A DNA stretch of 64,000 nucleotides, taken from contig OX597820.1 in assembly GCA_951406725.2 (NCBI GenBank), positions 39,680,001 to 39,744,000 of the forward strand. Reading direction: 5' to 3'. The DNA is from Octopus vulgaris. Its lineage: Eukaryota. This document shows positions 57,361-64,000 of this stretch, piece by piece (position 1 is the first letter of the stretch; each line of letters opens with the position of its first letter). The position numbers and the translations under genes are program-made. The notes beneath the pieces were generated by a model, which worked only from the letters and a program-made list of their open reading frames with translations, was not told where the DNA came from and made no database searches.

Positions 57361-57535
57361 ATCTCTTATATAAAATCTGTTCTGTCTGTCTGTCTATCTG
57401 TATATCTTCCCGGATCTTGAGCATTCTCCATCCGATTGCGCTCAAATTTGATATGTAGATACCGACGACGGTATGAGGGAGTGTGAAAGTCTTGAAAAAA
57501 TTACAAAAATCAATTCCAGGTGAGAAGCCATTTTT
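57361..57535 (+). mobile_element. Probable Helitron 5' end
   Basis: A|TCTCTTATATAAAA, (GTCT)n, CCATCCGATTGCGCTCAAATTTG layout typical of non-autonomous Helitron 5' termini. Confidence 0.55.
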
Positions 57536-57891
57536 GTCCTGCTTTTCTTCCGCCAACCTGTACATAACTGCACCTTCCATAATTTGTTGTTTTTGTACTG
57601 CTTAAAGCACGTTTCTTTCCTGCCAAGCTTACTGTTTAAACCGTGTTTGTGTTCTCCTGACAACAGCCTTATCATTACTGGTACTTTAAACTCTTTGGTT
57701 GCATATTTGTGTGAATAAAAATCGTTTTTCTTTGGAATAGAAAAAAGTCTATCTTCATCTCTTCTTTTGCTGGGGTCCCAAATTTAGGGTTAAATCAGTG
57801 TTTCTCAAAGGGGAGGCGTATGGGACGGTCGGACAAGTTGTTTCGAGAAAATTTGGTTTAAATATTTGACATCGCAGCACCGTTTTGCTCG

Positions 57892-57969
<78 letters not shown>

Positions 57970-58666
57970 CATACATACACACATATATATGCACAGGAAT
58001 GCATACGTCTTTATATATACATACCTACATACTCGCACAAATACATATTTGTGTGTTTTGTATTTGTGTGGAAAATGCTGGAATAAATCCTATTTACGTT
58101 CTACTTTCGATTCCCATCACCGTCTACTTTGCATTTCTTTCTCTGACTATTGATAAAATGAGAATCAAACAAGTACTAGGCATCATATAATTGCTTCCTC
58201 CCCTTCAGCTTGTCCAGTGTGTTGTATTCATGCTGGAAATCAATATTATGGTAAGTGAAGGCCGGCTAGTGAATTAACTATGTTATGATAGAAATGATAA
58301 TGTAATTGTTTCAAATGCCATAAATATTTCATAATTTCTCAGGCTTTCGAGTTCGGATCCCATTGGTACATGTTCTGTTGATTCGATTTCATAAGAAGAG
58401 AAGTGGACAACAATCTTATCGAATTTTAATTTCTTGTCTCCTGATATACAAATGAAGTACCAGTCATAATTAAACCGATTGAATTAACTGGACTGAATTT
58501 ACTCAACAACGCAGCTCCTACAAGGCTATAATTTGAAGTATGAAGGCTATTTCTGAGTACCGTAAACACACCAAGACCGCAGTCGATCTTGTTAGGAAGG
58601 TTCTTATTAAAGTTTCAGAATCTTCCAGCGCTTCCTTCCTAAACTATCACGGATCTGTGAGCAGAA

Positions 58667-58766
58667 NNNNNNNNNNNNNNNNNNNNNNNNNNNNNNNNNN
58701 NNNNNNNNNNNNNNNNNNNNNNNNNNNNNNNNNNNNNNNNNNNNNNNNNNNNNNNNNNNNNNNNNN
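58667..58766. other. 100-N assembly gap
   Basis: Run of N; same 25-mer on both sides. Confidence 0.99.
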
Positions 58767-58899
58767 CTGAACTATCACGGATCTGTGAGCAGAACTCAGC
58801 AAAGAAATTCCTTCATAGCTGCTGCTTGATTTCTGTCCAAATCTACGATGCATCCCTATCTTGTATCCTCGTTAAGCTCCTTTTCATCTACTTCATCAC

Positions 58900-59365
58900 A
58901 TACACATAAACGTCAAGTACGAAAGTAGTTCTGGTTGCCTCAAGCCAGCTAGTCCACTGACCCTGATAATGTCACGTTCATTACCCTCAGATAATGTGTC
59001 CTAGAACTAGCACCAGCCTCGCCAAATTCTTACATCCCTAATCCTGCAAGGATTTATTTCTATAGAGATATACCACTCCGGCCTTTTCCATGCTCAAGAA
59101 TAGGGAATTTTCTGACTCCATTAACTATTAATATGTCGTCTCATTTTCACAAATCATCACCAAGGTAACGGAGACTGTTATTAACAACTTGTTCTCCAAA
59201 ACTTTGCACCTCCTCCTTTAATGACTACCATTACAGTTTCCATAGATCCAGTGCTGCTAGAGACCCTCGCTCTTATATCTCTGAACAATGGGACGCCTGC
59301 TTTAAAATTTAGAAAAAAACTTTTTTGTTGCACCTAACTGCAAAACATTCGACTGTTTATGGTCT
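58900..59365 (+). pseudogene. Ancient Jockey/CR1-group RT remnant
   Basis: Eroded ST.PDN, C..ELAPA, ITKVTETVINN, NDYHYSF.RS, KTFD.LW read across frameshifts. Confidence 0.55.
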
Positions 59366-60429
59366 GCAAATATAAGATCTCAATTCCGGTTAATTCTCGC
59401 CATTTCAGCATGAGCTACCCATGAAACAATTCACGAAAGAAAATCTCAAAAGTGTTTTTGAACAAGATTGGGACAATTTGTTTTCCTTTACCATCCCCAA
59501 AACATATAGATTCTACAATTTATGAAGGTTTTTTTCACTATCTCTCACACTCTTTATAATCTTCCCAATTTGTCGAGATAAAGAAGTAAGAAACTAATTA
59601 TTAAAATAGAATCAAAAGGGAAACGTACGCCATTCATTGACTTTATGGTATAATGCTGACGGCCCCCACAATAAATTTTAGACTATCAATACACAGAGCT
59701 TTTTCGGCTGCTTAGGATGAGGATTGAACTATTCTGTTTTACTGCCTTTACAGGCTATCGAGGTCTGCTTCACTTTATTATCTTGTACAGAAGTATTCCT
59801 ATTTTAATAAGTCGACTTCCACTGGTTTATCTCAATGCCTTAGGACGAAAAGAAAATCAAATCCTGGTGAACTGTAAAACAGCAAACATGGTCGGTTCGA
59901 TTATTATCGCAATTTGCCGAATAAGCCCTCACGATGCGAATCTTACAATGAGACTAAAATATATATGAATATGATACCTCGTATATATTTATTAAAATAA
60001 AAGCAGTTTTTGAGTTAGCACGCGTGACTGAAATGTTACTAAATTTGGTGAAGTGTCCTCTAGCTGTTAGTTTAGGATGTTCACTCTGAGGATTAGTCCT
60101 TAGAAATATTTTACATGTATGTTAGTAGAACTCTCCTACATTAAGTAAATTATTTCTAATGGAACTGCAATTAATTCAGTTATGATGCATCGGGTTACTT
60201 TCGTCGGATACTGCAACAATTACCACACAATGCATTTTGTATATCGACTGAAATGTCAGCCTCCTGAATGAGAAATCATGTACAGCTTAAATTACAAAGA
60301 ACACTAATGTCTATGTGTATATTAAATTTACTAGTAGAAAAAACTTCCCTGGGCGGTTTTCTGCTAGCCGCCTCATAATATTTTCACATTGGATTCCCAA
60401 TTCTAATAATTTTTATGATATTTTACGTC

Positions 60430-61130
60430 TGATTTTTTCTTTGTATAATAGTGTCCACTTGCTTAATTAATATTGCTTTAATTATTTCATCACGATCAAT
60501 TTCTCTTTTGCTTTAAAGAAACATAAACGTAGTACAGCTATGGAGAGGGAAGCAGTTTCTCAAATTTTACCTTCCGCTCAAAACAACATAGAGATTTCAT
60601 TTCAGCCTCCCATCTGCTTTACAGTATGAACAAACATTGTCAAAAAGACTTACTGCATTATGTGGCTGTATAATAGACAGGACAGCCTGTTCTTGAAAAT
60701 TGTCGAAACTGGCTTTCATTGCTAATCCTTTAACAGAATTCTTCCTAGTTCGAAAATTATTTCATCTGTACTCCTGCTGTAAATATTCAGTTTCATCTCT
60801 CAGCACCCTGTTTGTTGGCAGTGGTGTTTCTGTTTGTACCTCACTGAAGTTTGGAAGTCTTCCCATTTGATACTGATTATCAATAAGCAGATGAACAGTT
60901 ACAGACAGTGAACGCTGACTCAGTGTCTTATTTTGAAGTAGAACAGCCTCCGCTCGAGATATCCTAACCAGTCGGTCATGTTTAGCGGAAACAGAATCAT
61001 TTCTACGTGCAAATGTGCATTCAGACATTTGTATCTGTCGCCTTGCCCCGGTTTTATCTGATCCAGTTGCCTGTCTTTCTCTTTGCCGTCGTGCCTTTCT
61101 CAGTCGCATATTTTTTGGACGCACCTTGTT
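60430..61130 (-). mobile_element. Helitron Rep N-terminal remnant
   Basis: R/E-rich start (ORF 60762-61175) followed past a stop by NVCSYCKA and, frameshifted, WEAEMKSLCCFERKVKF, like the Helitron C..C.A..W..E...CC..GKV.L motif. Confidence 0.6.
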
Positions 61131-61667
61131 AAATTGCAAAATTCTAATGTGATATTTGTGTAATAGTGAAATCAAACTTAGATTGTGTGTGTGTTTATTT
61201 TACAGAGACAGTGTGTGTGTTTATATTAGAGAGAAGTGCGTGTGTGTGTGTGTGTGTGAGAGAGAGAGGGTGAGAGACAGAGAGGGATAGAGAGGAGGAG
61301 AGAGAAAGAGGGGAAAGAGAATATTGCAAACAATGAATGAAATAAACATGAAATAAAAAAATCGTATCAATAAAGCTTGTTAAAAACCGAATATTTAAAT
61401 CTTGTATCGAATATTTAAATTTGTGAACTTGAAATATTCGATAATAAAAGGAAGTTCAAAAAGTAAATATTGCTGAAAACTTCACTTTATAAAAAATCTC
61501 ACTTGCTTAGTATATATTTCTTTCAGTAATATATCGTAGTTGTAATATATTTCTAATTTAAACAAACTTCAAGGTAACCCAGCTACATGCTAGAGATACC
61601 AGCGATCACGTAGTTATCATGGTAAGGCTTATAGCGTTCCAAACAGCCATAACAACAAAATCACTTC

Positions 61668-61722
<55 letters not shown>

Positions 61723-61848
61723 GGTCAGTGGCCCAGCAACAAAATTTGCTAAGGGGGTGCAAACCCAGATCCTAATTTTTTTATGGAAGATGTGGATTTT
61801 TCCAATGTTAACATTAAAACAAATGCAGGTATGATAATAATTTTTATT

Positions 61849-62360
61849 ATGAGGGTCGGCTGAAATGTTCATAATCTGAGTAAGACACTCTCAATGGAAT
61901 GTGACCAAATGAAGTTCATTTTCTAACATAGTTCCTCTTACTGTCCACACACTTCAATAAGTAGTTGCAGTGCTTGGGTCGCACTGGTGAAGAAGCTTTT
62001 CTGTCGATCAAAATGGTCATCAACAACAGATAAAATGTTCTCATCATACTGATACTGGTGCTCAGCTGAGTATTTTTCTATGTTTCTAAACAGATGATAA
62101 CCAGAAGGAACCAAATCACTAACATAGGGAGGATGATCAACCAGTTCAAAGCCAGTCACACACAGCAGCCATTGAAACCAAGGAGTTGTGTGCTGAAGCA
62201 TTGTCCTAATGAAACAAGACCCCATTCATCAGTTTTATGGGTGTTTGGTCTTGATAGACTTTCATAACTGCCTTAGGATATTGGTATTGAAATTTTCCAT
62301 TGGTGGTGTGATCATTTTGAAGATAGCCAATAAACACAATATTTTTTGCATTAATGCATA
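61849..62360 (-). mobile_element. Mariner 3' fragment, same family as 19788-20540
   Basis: TIR TATGAGGGTCGGCTGAAATGTTCATA; ELVDHPPYVSDLVPSGYHLF. Confidence 0.85.
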
Positions 62361-62664
62361 GTATATATAATAATGTGAAGTATATTTTGCATATTAAAAT
62401 GTTTAATTTTGGAAATGTATGAAGCAGCTCTAAAATAAGCAGTAAAAATACAAATTGCAAGTTTTTCAAACTGTGGGATACTACATGACAAAAACTAACA
62501 AAAACAGGAAGAAAATAGTGGTGCTTGTGTTCCAAAGGTACAATGGGAAGGCTCAGGAGAAGGATACAGAGATGGGGTAGAGGGAAGGAAGTTAGAAGGA
62601 AAGAAAAGAATGAAAAGTGAAAAGATAAACTGGGGATCTGAAATGTGTACTAGGCAGGAAATTG

Positions 62665-62853
62665 GCCCCTGTGCCAGTGGCACGTAAAAACAGCACCCAC
62701 AACACTCACGGAGTGGTTGGCGTTGGGAAGGGCATCCAGCTGTAGAAACACTGCCAAATCAGACTGGAGCTTGGTGCAGCCTCCTCGCTTCCCAGGTCCC
62801 ATTCGAACCGTTCAACCTATTCCAGCATGGAAAATGGACATTAAACGATGATG
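62665..62853 (+). mobile_element. RTE-related SINE 3' part
   Basis: GGTTGGCGTTGGGAAGGGCATCCAGCTGTAGAAAC and CCAGCATGGAAAATGGACATTAAACGATGATG tail. Confidence 0.7.
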
Positions 62854-63303
62854 TCTTACCTATGCACTGGTCAAGTAGAAAAACGATGAGTGATAAAAAA
62901 TTGGATAGTTTTTGGTACCAAAAATGTGAAGAAAGAAAGTAGAGAAGGTTAGGGAAGAGCAAGTAGGAAGAAAGAGAGAGTGCGGAGAAATAAGGGAATA
63001 AAGATAGACGGTAGTTGACAGAGATGGACAGAGGAAGAAATGGAAGGCAGTAAAGAGAGAAAAGCAGCAGATAGGTTGAGAGGTAGATAGAGGGGAGAGG
63101 AGAATGACAGAGAAATAGATAGAAATGAGAGACAGTCTTGCACCAAATATTGAACACTGTGTAGGGTACCACTGAGTGGGAACAGAAGTGAGTGTGTGGC
63201 ATTACATTGACTAACAGCCATAAAATGTTGCACAGAAAGTCAACACACACACATATATAATGATGAAGGAAATTGCTGTGTACAGTGCTCAGGTGCACAA
63301 CAA

Positions 63304-63745
63304 CTAAAAAGAAAAAATATGGCCATCAGGTGTACTGTTGGCGGGTTTCAGGACACATGGAAGCTGCATTGTATCCAGGTCTGGTTGCAGGATAGGATCT
63401 GTTCTTTTTATTTCAAGGTACAGCTTGGTGTTAACTGCATATTTCAGCACTGAAACATTACTCAAATTGGCATCTATATCATTAATAAATGCAACCAACA
63501 GTAAGGGTCCAAGAACAGATCCCTGTGGTACACCAGAAGTAATCTTGTAGGGTGTAGAATGATGTCCTAGAACTGTAACTACATCTTTCCGGCCGAGAAT
63601 GAAGGACTTCAGCCAGTTATAGAGATCATCCTTCACACTCACTGCAGGGATTTTTACCATGAGTCTTTTGTGTTACAGAGTTGAAGGCTTTAGCAAAATC
63701 AGGGTAGACAGTATCCACCCATGAGCCGCTATCAATAACTCACTG
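63304..63745 (-). pseudogene. CR1-type LINE RT fragment
   Basis: VYPDFAKAFNSV, WLKSFI, SGVPQGSVLGPLL...FINDI, KYAVNTKL (mutated YADD). Confidence 0.88.
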
Positions 63746-63799
63746 AAATCCTCGGAATATTACTGTCATCCTCGGAATTTCCAGGAAGATTACGACCAA

Positions 63800-64000
63800 T
63801 TTACCAGGAAGTCAGATACCGTTCAATGGACGTGTTTTGGCCTGTATATATCACTATAATTCGACCCATTCTTGACTATTGCATCCATACCCCAAACCCA
63901 TATCTCCAGAAAGACATTCAGCACCTAGAACGGGTTCAGTACTTGGCCACCCGAATGGGCGCGGGCTTGTCTAAGCTTGCGTAAGAGGAACATCTCCAAC
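63800..64000 (+). pseudogene. CR1-type LINE C-terminal fragment, opposite strand to 63304-63745
   Basis: IRPILDYC...PYLQKDIQHLERVQYLATRM. Confidence 0.8.

Noticed and set aside
57086-57580. 164-aa minus-strand ORF
   Set aside because: Spans a probable Helitron end and a microsatellite; only a faint helicase-like stretch, no convincing homology.

Overview
AT-rich, microsatellite-saturated animal DNA with no recognisable host protein-coding gene. The repeat families resemble those I recall from octopus genomes (inference). Most entries in the ORF track are translation artefacts of (TA)n, (TATC)n, (TACA)n, (TAA)n and (CAT)n repeats. The real content is a transposon graveyard: several mariner/Tc1/maT elements (one mariner ORF is uninterrupted and runs off the left edge), a GC-rich RTE LINE, several R4/Dong-type RLE LINE families sitting inside (TAA)n or (TACA)n tracts, a decayed Gypsy element with a nested DNA transposon, Helitron and CR1/Jockey fragments, hAT MITEs and many tRNA-derived SINEs. 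The most notable unexplained structures are: (i) short non-coding elements with minimal hammerhead-ribozyme motifs whose 3' ends abut (TA)n; (ii) a tRNA-headed, (TAA)n-containing SINE with a hammerhead-like tail, duplicated as a fold-back, one arm hosting a near-intact Dong LINE; (iii) a co-oriented train of different (TAA)n-associated retroelements at 49-54 kb; (iv) repeated local inverted duplications and a templated insertion next to microsatellites.
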